Positions 43,744 to 53,097 of a stretch of DNA of 64,000 nt are shown in pieces. The DNA is from Deltaproteobacteria bacterium (GTDB lineage Bacteria; Myxococcota_A; Polyangia; Fen-1088): the NCBI GenBank assembly GCA_033763315.1, contig JANRKS010000009.1, forward strand, positions 1-64,000, read 5' to 3'. The notes beneath the pieces are model-generated. The model did no database searches. It had not been told where the DNA came from and saw only the letters and a program-made list of their open reading frames with translations. The first letter of the stretch is position 1. Every line of letters begins with the position of its first letter. The position numbers were made by a program, and so were the translations under genes.

Positions 43744-45129
43744 ATGTCATTGCTTCTCACCTTCTTTGGCGACGACAACACCGGATCTACGGATTCGATG
43801 GACGCGCTTGCCAAGGGTGGTGTGAACACGGTGTTGTTCCTATCGCCGCCGGCACCAACGGATCTGCTGCGATTTCCAGGCGTGCAAGCCGTGGGCGTGG
43901 CGGGCATGACGCGAACGATGCCGCCCGATGAAATGGAAGAGATGCTGGCCCCAGCGTTTGTGGCGCTCAACGCGCTGGGCGCACCGCTTTGCCATTACAA
44001 AGTTTGCTCCACGTTCGATTCGTCACCCCACGTGGGCAGCATCGGGCGCGCCATAGATGTGGGCAGCCGCGTGTTCGGCGCGATGGTGGTTCCGTTGTTG
44101 GTGGGAGCGCCGGCCTTGCGTCGCTACACGTTGTTTGGGAATTTGTTTGCCACGGTGGGCCCGCAAACGCATCGCTTGGATCGCCACCCCACGATGAGCC
44201 GCCACCCCGTGACGCCCATGAACGAAAGCGATTTGCGTGTGCATCTTGCACAGCAGACCAGCAAACGCGTGGGCCTGTTCGACATCCTCGCTTTGCAAGG
44301 CAATTACGCCGAAGTCACGTTTCGTTTCGATGCCGCCTTGGCGCAAAGCCAAGCGGAAGTGATGTTGTTTGATGTGCTCGACGAAGAGCGCTTGGCCACG
44401 GCGGGCGAATTGTTGTGGAGGCAAACCAATGTGGGCAGCCGCTTTGTGGTTGGGTCCTCGGGCGTTGAATACGCTTTGGTACACGCGTTCCGTTCGCACG
44501 GCCTCATCCCGCGCACACCACCGAGCTTTGCTGCCATCACACCGGTGAAACAGGTGTTGGTGGTATCCGGTAGCTGTTCACCGGTGACGCAGTCACAGAT
44601 CGATCACGCGCTTGGCAGCGAGCGCGGCTTCGAAGGGTTTGAGGTGGATGCCGTGGCACTGCTTGATGCCGCCACCGCCGCTGGCGCACGTGAAGCCGCC
44701 GTGAAGCAAGCATTGCGCATCTTGGACCAGGGGCGTTCGCCGCTGCTCTATTCGGCGCGTGGCCCCGAGGATGAACGCATTAAGCGCGCGGAAGCGGCGT
44801 GGCGCACGAAAAACAGCGACAGCGGCGGCCCTGGCCGTGCGCTGGGCGAGCAGCTGGGCATGATTGTGCGCGCCGCGCTTGAGCGCTGGAACGAGAATGG
44901 CCCGCGCTTGCAACGTGTCGTTGTGGCGGGCGGCGATACCTCGGGGCATGGCGCGCGCCGGTTGGGCGTGCAGGCGCTGCGCGTGCTCAGCCCCACGGTG
45001 CCTGGCGCGCCGTTGTGTCGTGCGTACTCAAGCGATCCTGTGGTGGATGGCCTGCAAGTGTTGTTGAAGGGCGGGCAGGTCGGGCCAGCAGATTTCTTTA
45101 CGTCCATACGAGATGGCGGTTTTCGTTGA
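43744..45129 (+). CDS. oiaK: Four-carbon acid sugar kinase family (DUF1537), probable 3-oxo-isoapionate kinase
   Basis: GDDNTGSTD; HYKVCSTFDSS; HPTMSRHPVTPM; SGSCS; AGGDTSG; LKGGQVG. Confidence 0.85.
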   Translation: MSLLLTFFGDDNTGSTDSMDALAKGGVNTVLFLSPPAPTDLLRFPGVQAVGVAGMTRTMPPDEMEEMLAPAFVALNALGAPLCHYKVCSTFDSSPHVGSIGRAIDVGSRVFGAMVVPLLVGAPALRRYTLFGNLFATVGPQTHRLDRHPTMSRHPVTPMNESDLRVHLAQQTSKRVGLFDILALQGNYAEVTFRFDAALAQSQAEVMLFDVLDEERLATAGELLWRQTNVGSRFVVGSSGVEYALVHAFRSHGLIPRTPPSFAAITPVKQVLVVSGSCSPVTQSQIDHALGSERGFEGFEVDAVALLDAATAAGAREAAVKQALRILDQGRSPLLYSARGPEDERIKRAEAAWRTKNSDSGGPGRALGEQLGMIVRAALERWNENGPRLQRVVVAGGDTSGHGARRLGVQALRVLSPTVPGAPLCRAYSSDPVVDGLQVLLKGGQVGPADFFTSIRDGGFR

Positions 45130-45171
45130 TTTGTAACCTGCGCCCGTGGGCGCCTAAGGAGACCTAGGAAC

Positions 45172-46020
45172 ATGACCGAGAAGTTGACAATCGCGCTGAT
45201 GGGCGCCGGCGGCAAAATGGGCTGCCGGATCACTGACAATCTGAAGAACCGCGACTACAACATGAAGTACGTTGAAGTCAGCGAGCGCGGCGTGCAGAAT
45301 CTCGCGCAGCGCGGCCTTGCACCCACACCGCAAAAAGAAGCGCTGCGTGTGGCCGACGTGGTGATCATGGCGATTCCCGACGTGCTCATCGAGCGTTTGA
45401 GCCCCGGCATCGCGGAAGACATGAAGCCAGGCGGAATCTTGATGGCTCTTGATCCCGCCGCGCCTTGTGCCGGCAAGATGACGATGCGCAAAGATTGTTC
45501 CTACTTCGCAGCGCACCCCTGCCACCCGCCCGTGTTCAACGACGAAACGGATCCAGAGGCACGCCGCGACTTCTTCGGTGGCATTAAGGCCAAACAAGAC
45601 GTGGTGTGCGCGCTGATTCAAGGCCCCGAATCCGCGTACGCCATTGGCGAGCAAATCGCCAAAGAAATGTACGCGCCAGTGATGAACAGTTTCCGCGTGA
45701 CCATCGATCAGATGGCCATCTTGGAGCCCGCGCTTTCTGAAACGTCGGCGGCGACTTTGGTTGTGGCGATGAAAGAAGCCATGGACGAAGCCATCAAGCG
45801 TGGTGTGCCGGCCGATGCGGCGCGCGCCTTCTTGATGGGCCACATCAACATCGAGCTGGCGATTGTGTTTGGCGAAATCAACGCGCCATTCTCTGACGCC
45901 GCCAAGAAGGCCATCGAGAACGCCAAGTCGGTGATCTTCAAGCCCGATTGGAAGGAACAGATCTTCAATCCCGACAACATCAAGCGTTCCGTAGACAACA
46001 TCACCACGCCCGACAAATAA
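45172..46020 (+). CDS. apnO: D-apionate oxidoisomerase
   Basis: GAGGKMG; LDPAAP; HPCHPPVF; MAILEPALSET; FLMGH. Confidence 0.85.
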   Translation: MTEKLTIALMGAGGKMGCRITDNLKNRDYNMKYVEVSERGVQNLAQRGLAPTPQKEALRVADVVIMAIPDVLIERLSPGIAEDMKPGGILMALDPAAPCAGKMTMRKDCSYFAAHPCHPPVFNDETDPEARRDFFGGIKAKQDVVCALIQGPESAYAIGEQIAKEMYAPVMNSFRVTIDQMAILEPALSETSAATLVVAMKEAMDEAIKRGVPADAARAFLMGHINIELAIVFGEINAPFSDAAKKAIENAKSVIFKPDWKEQIFNPDNIKRSVDNITTPDK

Positions 46021-47076
46021 ATGCGAAATCTGTTGGTTGCGCGAGGGGGCCTACGTGTGGGGCTCAGGCGGCTGGCCTGCATGGCTTGTGTGGTTGGCTG
46101 CGCGTTGGGCGTGGCCAGCTGCCGCAAGAAGGATGGCCGGTTGACCGTGGGCGTGGCGTTTGAAACGCTGCAAACGGAATACTGGGTAGCCAGCTTCGAC
46201 ATCATGCACGCCGAGCTTGAGCGCAACAACATCCGCATGTTGGAAGCCATTTCAGATGGCGACGCCAACCGGCAGCTTGAACAGGTGAAAAGCTTCGTGG
46301 CCCGGCGGGTGGATGGGATCATCGTGGCGCCGAAGGACGCTCACACGGTGATCCCCATGATCAAGGCGGCCAACCGTGCCGGCATCCCGATCGTGATCTA
46401 CAACCGGCCGCCGGCGCCAACGAAAGCTGTTTCGGTCACCATCGGCACAGACAACTTCGGCATCACGAAGAACACTGTGGAGCATATGTGCACCTTGGCG
46501 CGCCAATCTCCGGCACCCGCGGGCAAGAAACACGAAGCGCTGCTGGTGATGGGCGATTTGGGCGACATCAATGCCATTGGGCGCCGCGATGGCTTCGATA
46601 AAGCCACGGCGGATTGCAGCGACGTGCTTGAGGTGGTGAGCCGCGTGCCTTCGGAGTGGAACCAAGAAAAGGCGTTGGCGGGCGTGACAAACGCTTTGCA
46701 GGCGCACCCGAACATCAGCTTTATGTTCACATCGTCGGACTTCTTGCTGCCATCGATCATGTCGGCGTTGAAGGCCGCCGGGAAGTGGGAGAAGGCGGGC
46801 CACGCGAACCACGTCATCCTCGGCGCCTTCGATGGTGACGCCACGGCGTATGAAATGCTGCGCGCGGGGTATTTGGATGCCGACGGCGTTCAGGATGCCT
46901 ACTTTCAAAGCAAGCTAACCGTGCAGGCGATTTTGGATATGCGTGCCGGCAAGCCAGTGGCCAACGTGAAGCTTGATCCTGGCTTGGTGGTCAACCAAAG
47001 CAACCTTGGCACCGAGGCAAGCCGCATGTGGGGCGCGGCCGTGGCGAAGCAAAAGGCCGAGAAGCCACAAAGCTAG
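46021..47076 (+). CDS. Sugar ABC transporter substrate-binding lipoprotein (RbsB-like)
   Basis: VASC lipobox; VDGIIVAP; AGIPIVIYNR; GDLGDINAIGRRDGF. Confidence 0.9.
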   Translation: MRNLLVARGGLRVGLRRLACMACVVGCALGVASCRKKDGRLTVGVAFETLQTEYWVASFDIMHAELERNNIRMLEAISDGDANRQLEQVKSFVARRVDGIIVAPKDAHTVIPMIKAANRAGIPIVIYNRPPAPTKAVSVTIGTDNFGITKNTVEHMCTLARQSPAPAGKKHEALLVMGDLGDINAIGRRDGFDKATADCSDVLEVVSRVPSEWNQEKALAGVTNALQAHPNISFMFTSSDFLLPSIMSALKAAGKWEKAGHANHVILGAFDGDATAYEMLRAGYLDADGVQDAYFQSKLTVQAILDMRAGKPVANVKLDPGLVVNQSNLGTEASRMWGAAVAKQKAEKPQS

Positions 47077-47103
47077 GCACGGGTTGCCGGAGGAGCTTTT
47101 TTT

Positions 47104-48147
47104 ATGTCGAATGGTTCTACCTTGATCGGATCTACATCAACGCCGGCGGCGCCTGTGGTTGTGGCTGCCGCGCGTGGAGCGCGCTGGCAACGGTGGCTGC
47201 GCGGCGACACCTGGGTGCTGGCGCTGGCGGTGGTCTATTTTCTTGCGTTGCTGCCCGTGGCGCCTGATTTGGCCAACCCTGAGAACCTGCAGTTGATCCT
47301 TTCAAATATGCTGCCGCTGCTGGTGGTGGCGTTGGGGCAAATGTTCGTGTTGATCACGAGCGGCATCGATCTTTCTGTGACGTCCACGATCGCTTTGACG
47401 TCTGTGGCGGGTGCTGGGACCATGGTGTGGCCGGCGCTGGGGCTGACGGGCACCGCCGCGATGCTCGCAGGTGCGGTCGCGATGTTGCTCATTGCGGGTG
47501 CGGTGGGGGCTACCAATGGCTTGGCCATCACGCGGCTATCCATGCCACCGTTTATGGTTACGCTGGCCACGATGATGTTCTTTTCGGGTGGAGCCATCTG
47601 GGCCACGCGAAGCAACGGCATCCCAGGGTTGCCAGAGGCGTTGGCCACGGTGTCGCAAGAGGGCTTCGGTTTTGTTCCCTACGCCTTGATGTTGGTCGCG
47701 CCGTTTGTTGTCGGCGCGCACGTGCTGTTGACGAAGTCCGTGTTCGGGCGGCGCCTGTTTGCCGTGGGACGCAACGCCAAGGCCGCAAGGGTCAGCGGGG
47801 TACCCGTGGCACGCACCGTGTTCACGGCCTATGTCTTGTGCGCGGCCTTCGCCGCCGTGGGTGCGTTCTTGTATACGGGCCGCTTAGAGACAGGATCTCC
47901 CGTGCTGGGCCAGCGCATCTTCTTGGATGTGATCGGCGCCGCCGTGATCGGTGGCGTCAGCTTGTTTGGTGGCAAAGGCAGCGTTGCTGGCGTGATCTAC
48001 GGCGTGCTGTTTATCACCTTGGTGGACAACAGCCTGAACATTCTCGGCTTCTCAAGCTTTGCGGTGTTGATGGCCAAGGGAACGGTGATTTTGTTGGCCG
48101 CGCTGTTCGATGCGATGCGAGCCCGCAAGGTGGCTGTGCGGGCTTAG
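47104..48147 (+). CDS. Sugar ABC transporter permease
   Basis: GIDLSV; PPFMVTL; FGRRLFAVGRN; GGVSLFGGKG. Confidence 0.93.
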   Translation: MSNGSTLIGSTSTPAAPVVVAAARGARWQRWLRGDTWVLALAVVYFLALLPVAPDLANPENLQLILSNMLPLLVVALGQMFVLITSGIDLSVTSTIALTSVAGAGTMVWPALGLTGTAAMLAGAVAMLLIAGAVGATNGLAITRLSMPPFMVTLATMMFFSGGAIWATRSNGIPGLPEALATVSQEGFGFVPYALMLVAPFVVGAHVLLTKSVFGRRLFAVGRNAKAARVSGVPVARTVFTAYVLCAAFAAVGAFLYTGRLETGSPVLGQRIFLDVIGAAVIGGVSLFGGKGSVAGVIYGVLFITLVDNSLNILGFSSFAVLMAKGTVILLAALFDAMRARKVAVRA

Positions 48148-48154
48148 GGAAAAC

Positions 48155-49681
48155 ATGGCAAACGATCTCGCAAACACAGGCAACCCCGTGGCCTTGCAAT
48201 ACCACGGCATCACCAAAAGCTTTTTTGGTGTGCCGGTGCTCAAGGGCGTGACGTTCTCGCTGCGCGCGGGGCACGCGTTGGGCTTGGTGGGTGAAAACGG
48301 CGCTGGCAAGTCCACGATGATGAACATCCTGGGCGGCGTTCTGGTCGCCGATGGCGGGCAGCTGACGGTGAACGGGCAAGCCTACGCGCCGAAGAATCCC
48401 AAAGACGCCCGCGCCCGAGGCATCGCGTTCATTCATCAAGAGCTGAATCTGTTCGCAAACCTCAGCATTGCTGAGAACATCTTCCTCACGGGTTTCCCGA
48501 AAACGGGTTTGTTTGCGATCAAACGCAAAGAGATCAATGAACGCACCCGCACGCTGCTTGCTTCTGTGCAGTTGGCGGCCGAACCCACGGCCAAGGTTGA
48601 AACGCTTTCGCCGGGCGAGCGCCAGTTGGTGGAGATCGCCAAAGCCTTGGCTTTCGACGCGCGTGTGGTGATTTTCGATGAACCCACCACGTCGCTCACC
48701 GCCCGTGAATGTGAACGTCTGTTCGCTTTGATTGAAAAGCTGAAGGTGCAAGGGCGTTCCGTTATCTACATCTCGCACGCCCTCGAAGACGTGCGCCGCT
48801 TGTGTGAAGATTTTGTGATTTTGCGCGATGGGGAAGTGGTGGCCCAAGGGCCGCGCGAGGACTTCAGCCTGGATCGCATGGTTTCTCTGATGGTGGGGCG
48901 CAAGTTGGAGCAGCTGTTCCCGGCGCGCAGCATGGTGCCCACGGCCACGGCCTTGCTGCAGGTCGCGGGCCTCTCGCAGCCCGGTGTGATCGAGAACGTC
49001 AGTTTCACGTTGCATAAAGGCGAAGTGCTGGGCGTTGCGGGCTTGATGGGCTCGGGACGGTCAGAGACCGCGCGCATCTTGTTTGGTTTGGATCCCGCCG
49101 CCAAAGGCGAAGTCACGCTCGACGGTAAGCCATTTCCGAACCGCAACCCCGCGGCGTGCATTGCGCGCGGGATGGCGTTCTTGACCGAGAGCCGGCGTGA
49201 AGAGGGGCTGTTGATGGACGCTGACGTGCGTGAAAACGTTGCGGTGGCGGCGCTGCCGCGGTTCGCGGGGCGGGGGCTTGTGCTGCAAAACCAGTTGCAA
49301 CCGAAGGTCGATGCAGCGGCTCGGTCCGTGGGTTTGGCCGAAGGCAAGATCGCCAGCGGCGCCGTGAAGACCCTTTCGGGAGGCAACCAGCAAAAGGTTG
49401 TGTTGGCCAAGTGGCTGTTGACGGAGCCGTCGGTGTTCATTTTGGATGAACCAACGCGCGGCATCGACGTGGGTGCGAAAGCCGAGATCTACACGTTGAT
49501 CAATAACCTGGTGGCGCGCGGCGCTGGCGTGTTGATGATCTCGTCTGAACTTGAAGAACTCATCGGCATGTGTGATCGCATTCTCGTCATGCGTCGGGGC
49601 GAAGTGGCCGGCGTGGTTGATAAGGCGCATTTCGATCGCGAAGCGATCTTGCGTTTGGCATTCGGCGGAGGCATCGCGTGA
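48155..49681 (+). CDS. Sugar ABC transporter ATP-binding protein (tandem NBD)
   Basis: GENGAGKST; DEPT; LSGGNQQKV; DEPTRGIDVGAK. Confidence 0.95.
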   Translation: MANDLANTGNPVALQYHGITKSFFGVPVLKGVTFSLRAGHALGLVGENGAGKSTMMNILGGVLVADGGQLTVNGQAYAPKNPKDARARGIAFIHQELNLFANLSIAENIFLTGFPKTGLFAIKRKEINERTRTLLASVQLAAEPTAKVETLSPGERQLVEIAKALAFDARVVIFDEPTTSLTARECERLFALIEKLKVQGRSVIYISHALEDVRRLCEDFVILRDGEVVAQGPREDFSLDRMVSLMVGRKLEQLFPARSMVPTATALLQVAGLSQPGVIENVSFTLHKGEVLGVAGLMGSGRSETARILFGLDPAAKGEVTLDGKPFPNRNPAACIARGMAFLTESRREEGLLMDADVRENVAVAALPRFAGRGLVLQNQLQPKVDAAARSVGLAEGKIASGAVKTLSGGNQQKVVLAKWLLTEPSVFILDEPTRGIDVGAKAEIYTLINNLVARGAGVLMISSELEELIGMCDRILVMRRGEVAGVVDKAHFDREAILRLAFGGGIA

Positions 49682-50652
49682 CGCGCCTGAAAGATTTGTT
49701 GTTGCAGCACACGTCGATGGTTCTGTTCGGCGTGGTGTTCGTGGTGTTCGGCCTGCTCGCTCCGCGGTTCCTGGCCCTCGAGAACTTGATGAACATCCTC
49801 GTGCAGTCGTCGGTGCTGGTGGTGGGGGCGGTCGGCATGACCTTTGTGTTGTTAACGGCCGGGATCGATCTGTCTGTAGGATCCATCATGTTCCTGGCTG
49901 CCGTCCCCGCAGGTCATTTGGTTCAAGCTGGCCACTCGCCGTGGCTTGCGCTGCTTGCGGCGCTGGGTGTGGCTTTGATCTTCGGCGCGGTGAACGCGTT
50001 CGTGGTGGTGCGGCTAAAGGTCATGCCGTTCGTCGTGACGTTGGCCACGCTTTACATCGGCCGAGGCCTCGGGCTTTACATCACGCAAACGCGCGCCATG
50101 AACCTGCCAGAATCAATCTTGGCGGTCGGCTCGGCGACGGTGTTGGGCGTTCCGCTCGTGCTGCTGGTGGCGGCGTTTGTGGCGTTTGCGGCTCACTACA
50201 CATTGGCCCGCACGCCCTTCGGCAGGCAGGTGTATGCCGTGGGGCAAGACGGGGAGGGCGCACGTAAGGCTGGCTTGCCGGTGGATCGCATTCGCTTCAT
50301 CACCATGACCGTGTGTGCCGTCTCCGCGGGGCTCGCGGGTTTTTTGACAATCGCACGGGTGGGCGTGGTGTCGCCGAGTATGGGCAACCAACGGGAGTTG
50401 GCAATCATCGCGGCCGCGGTCCTGGGTGGCACAAGTTTGTTCGGCGGCCGCGGGCAGGTTTTTCCTGGCGCCGTGCTCGGTGCCATCCTGATCCAAACCG
50501 TGGAAACGGGTCTAGTCATCCTCAACGTTGATCCATATCTCTATCCATTCATTACCGCGACGATCATCTTCGTCGCCGTGGCGATTGACAGCGTGCGCAA
50601 TCTCGAAGTGGCCAAACGCGCCCTCAGGAAGATCAGGCCGCTCGGGGTTTAG
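49678..50652 (+). CDS. Sugar ABC transporter permease
   Basis: GIDLSVG; PFVVTL; FGRQVYAVG; GGTSLFGGRG. Confidence 0.93.
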   Translation: MTRLKDLLLQHTSMVLFGVVFVVFGLLAPRFLALENLMNILVQSSVLVVGAVGMTFVLLTAGIDLSVGSIMFLAAVPAGHLVQAGHSPWLALLAALGVALIFGAVNAFVVVRLKVMPFVVTLATLYIGRGLGLYITQTRAMNLPESILAVGSATVLGVPLVLLVAAFVAFAAHYTLARTPFGRQVYAVGQDGEGARKAGLPVDRIRFITMTVCAVSAGLAGFLTIARVGVVSPSMGNQRELAIIAAAVLGGTSLFGGRGQVFPGAVLGAILIQTVETGLVILNVDPYLYPFITATIIFVAVAIDSVRNLEVAKRALRKIRPLGV

Positions 50653-50873
50653 GGCGGGCCACCACATTTTCCCGGTCTTTTCTAGGTGCTTTGACTGTAA
50701 CGAGCGCCGGCCCCCTGTTGGTAAGCTTAACCAAGTTGCTGAAGGTCACGGCCAATGCACCTTCTTACCCAGCCAACTCTATCTAGTACTGGTACGCCTT
50801 GTTACCTTTTGCTATATGTATGATGTCTGGCGAGAAGTTATGAGATTTCATGAACGCCAGTTTGGGAGGGGCT

Positions 50874-51260
50874 ATGCACACCGAACAGAACACTGCTCTT
50901 GAGGTTCCCGAGCCGCGCCTGGGTCGTCGCCGAAGGTTCAGCACGGCTGAAAAGCGGAAGATTTTGGGTGAAGCTGATTCGTCAGGTGAAACGATCTCAT
51001 CCGTGGGACGCAGGTACGGTTTATCCGTAAGCCTATTGTTTCGGTGGAAGCGGCAGCTGGACCAAGAAGCGGCCGCCGCTCGTGCGGGAACTTCGGCCGT
51101 GGGCAAGTTGCGCGCCCGGTTGGCGTTGCTGGAGCAAGAGATTCAAAGCCTCAAGCGCGACAATGGCTTGTTGCGGGAAACTTTGGAGCGCGGCGGCCGT
51201 GCCGCTTCGATTCCCACCTTGCTGCCCGCCGACGGGCTTCGTCCAGACGGCCGGGCTTAA
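50874..51260 (+). CDS. Solo HTH_Tnp_1 (IS3/IS66 OrfA-like) protein
   Basis: RRRFSTAEKRKIL...SVGRRYGLSVSLLFRWKRQ plus a leucine zipper; GGAGG RBS; no OrfB. Confidence 0.8.
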   Translation: MHTEQNTALEVPEPRLGRRRRFSTAEKRKILGEADSSGETISSVGRRYGLSVSLLFRWKRQLDQEAAAARAGTSAVGKLRARLALLEQEIQSLKRDNGLLRETLERGGRAASIPTLLPADGLRPDGRA

Positions 51261-51272
51261 CAAAGCCGGCGC

Positions 51273-51324
51273 AAAAAGAGCCAGCGGTGTTCCGTACCAT
51301 GGGTACGGTGCCCGCTGGCTTTTT
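51273..51324. terminator. Bidirectional terminator between convergent genes
   Basis: aaaaagagccagcgg...ccgtacc/ggtacgg...ccgctggcttttt. Confidence 0.75.
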
Positions 51325-51334
51325 GTTTCGTCAA

Positions 51335-53008
51335 TCACTTGAGCTTGATGGTCACGTTGACCTTGCTGTCGTGGCGCACACGCAGAAGGCCGTTCTTCCC
51401 CCCCAAAGCCTGCCACGACCAACCCTCGGCGTCGGTCACGTTGGGCCGCTCCTGCAGCTGCATGTCGCGGCCCGAACCCGCCAGCAAGGCCACAGGTTTC
51501 GCGGCCAGATGAATGACCTCGGTGCTCGGGACCTCGAAGGTCCGATACGTGATCTCGTTGGCTTGGTAGCGCAGGCGCGTGATCATGCCCGTGCTGCGTA
51601 GGATGTGGTTTTGGTCGGCTGGCACCAGCTGCGGCAGCGCCGCCATGGCACGCAAGTAATGGCGAATGTAATCACCGTAGCCGTCGGTCATCCACACATC
51701 GTCGTGATAGTAGCGATTTTTGCCGTCGGTATCGACCATGTACGTGGCCCACGCCAGGCGGCGGATGTTCTCATCATTGTGGCTGCGATCGCCCGTAAGC
51801 TCGGCATAACGCAGCTCTGAAGCGGCCTGCCGCGACGAGTGGCTGTTGCCTGGCACTTGGTAGGCCGTTTGCTCGTTGATGGCCATAACGCCGTACTTTT
51901 GCCAGGTGGGATTGTCGAGTTTCTGGTGCACCCAGGTGAAGATGCCCTGCACCTCGGTGCGCCAGTTGGGAAACAACTCTTGGTTGTCCATCATAAAGTC
52001 TGCAAATGTCACGGCATTGATCTGGGTGTCTGACCAACCTTCGATGTCTTCGAAGAACGGGCCCCATTTGTTGGTCTTGAGCGGATAGGCTTTCATCCAC
52101 GCGACGATGATGTCGAAGGCCTTTTTGTAAGCTTTGCCGTTGCCCTTGTGCAGGCGCTGCAGCTCCGCGAACAGGCGCAATGTCCCTGCCCAGTTGGTGG
52201 TGTAAGACGATCGTACCTCCACAGGTTTGCTCTCGTGGTGGTTGATGAGCTTGCCAATCTCGCCGGTGACCGCGTTGACTTTAAACGGCATGGGCGAATT
52301 GTCGTTGTCACCCGCCTTCGTTTTTGCGGCCAACGTGTTGGCAATGGCCACCGCAGCGTCCAGATAGCGCGGGTTGTTGGTGATCTTATAGAGCGCAATG
52401 AGCTCCCAACCGAGCGAGCCGGCCTTATCGGGCTGCGTGAAATTCGCGCCCAGAATCATGTCACCGTCGTAAACACCCGAATACACCATCGTGTTGTATG
52501 GGTAGGGAATGTTCGGCCATTTGTCGGTGGGGCGAGAGAGCCCATGCGACAGATACCAATCGGCCATGAACCGCATGTTTTCGACGACGCGGCCGTAAAA
52601 GGCGCCGTTGCCTCCCGGATCGTTGCTTTCGTTGCCGAGGTACTGAAAGAGCAACGTCCACGACGACAACGCCATTTGGATTTGGTCGCCGCCGATGCCA
52701 CGGTGATCGTCCAACTGCGGCCGCCACACCTGGTGGTTCATGTGATAGGGCAGGCCATTTTGATCGGCCGCCATCGTGTCCCAAAACTTCCACGTCAAAC
52801 GAATGGCGCTGTCGAACGCTTTGGCGGGTTCGTCATATTGCCACGGCAGCAACATGCCTTTGCTGTCGACGCGAATGGCGTGATATTGGAGCTTCTCGCC
52901 CGCGGCCGGCTTGTCCGCCGCGTGGGCTATAGTGAAGCCCGAGAAGAAGGTCGTGGCCGCGGCGACCACGGCAAACGGGTGCAACAACGAAATTGTCATG
53001 GCTCTCAA
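51335..53008 (-). CDS. Secreted hypothetical protein, possibly six-hairpin glycosidase-like
   Basis: Signal peptide ending AHA; W/Y/D-rich helical repeats such as LYKITNNPRYLDAA; fold is an inference. Confidence 0.65.
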   Translation of the reverse strand: MRAMTISLLHPFAVVAAATTFFSGFTIAHAADKPAAGEKLQYHAIRVDSKGMLLPWQYDEPAKAFDSAIRLTWKFWDTMAADQNGLPYHMNHQVWRPQLDDHRGIGGDQIQMALSSWTLLFQYLGNESNDPGGNGAFYGRVVENMRFMADWYLSHGLSRPTDKWPNIPYPYNTMVYSGVYDGDMILGANFTQPDKAGSLGWELIALYKITNNPRYLDAAVAIANTLAAKTKAGDNDNSPMPFKVNAVTGEIGKLINHHESKPVEVRSSYTTNWAGTLRLFAELQRLHKGNGKAYKKAFDIIVAWMKAYPLKTNKWGPFFEDIEGWSDTQINAVTFADFMMDNQELFPNWRTEVQGIFTWVHQKLDNPTWQKYGVMAINEQTAYQVPGNSHSSRQAASELRYAELTGDRSHNDENIRRLAWATYMVDTDGKNRYYHDDVWMTDGYGDYIRHYLRAMAALPQLVPADQNHILRSTGMITRLRYQANEITYRTFEVPSTEVIHLAAKPVALLAGSGRDMQLQERPNVTDAEGWSWQALGGKNGLLRVRHDSKVNVTIKLK

Positions 53009-53097
53009 GCTAACAGACGGCCTATAGACTTTGTGCTCATGTGTCTGGACGATCTGCGCCGCCAGGCCCGCTATGCAACCTCGATCACGCTTCGTTG

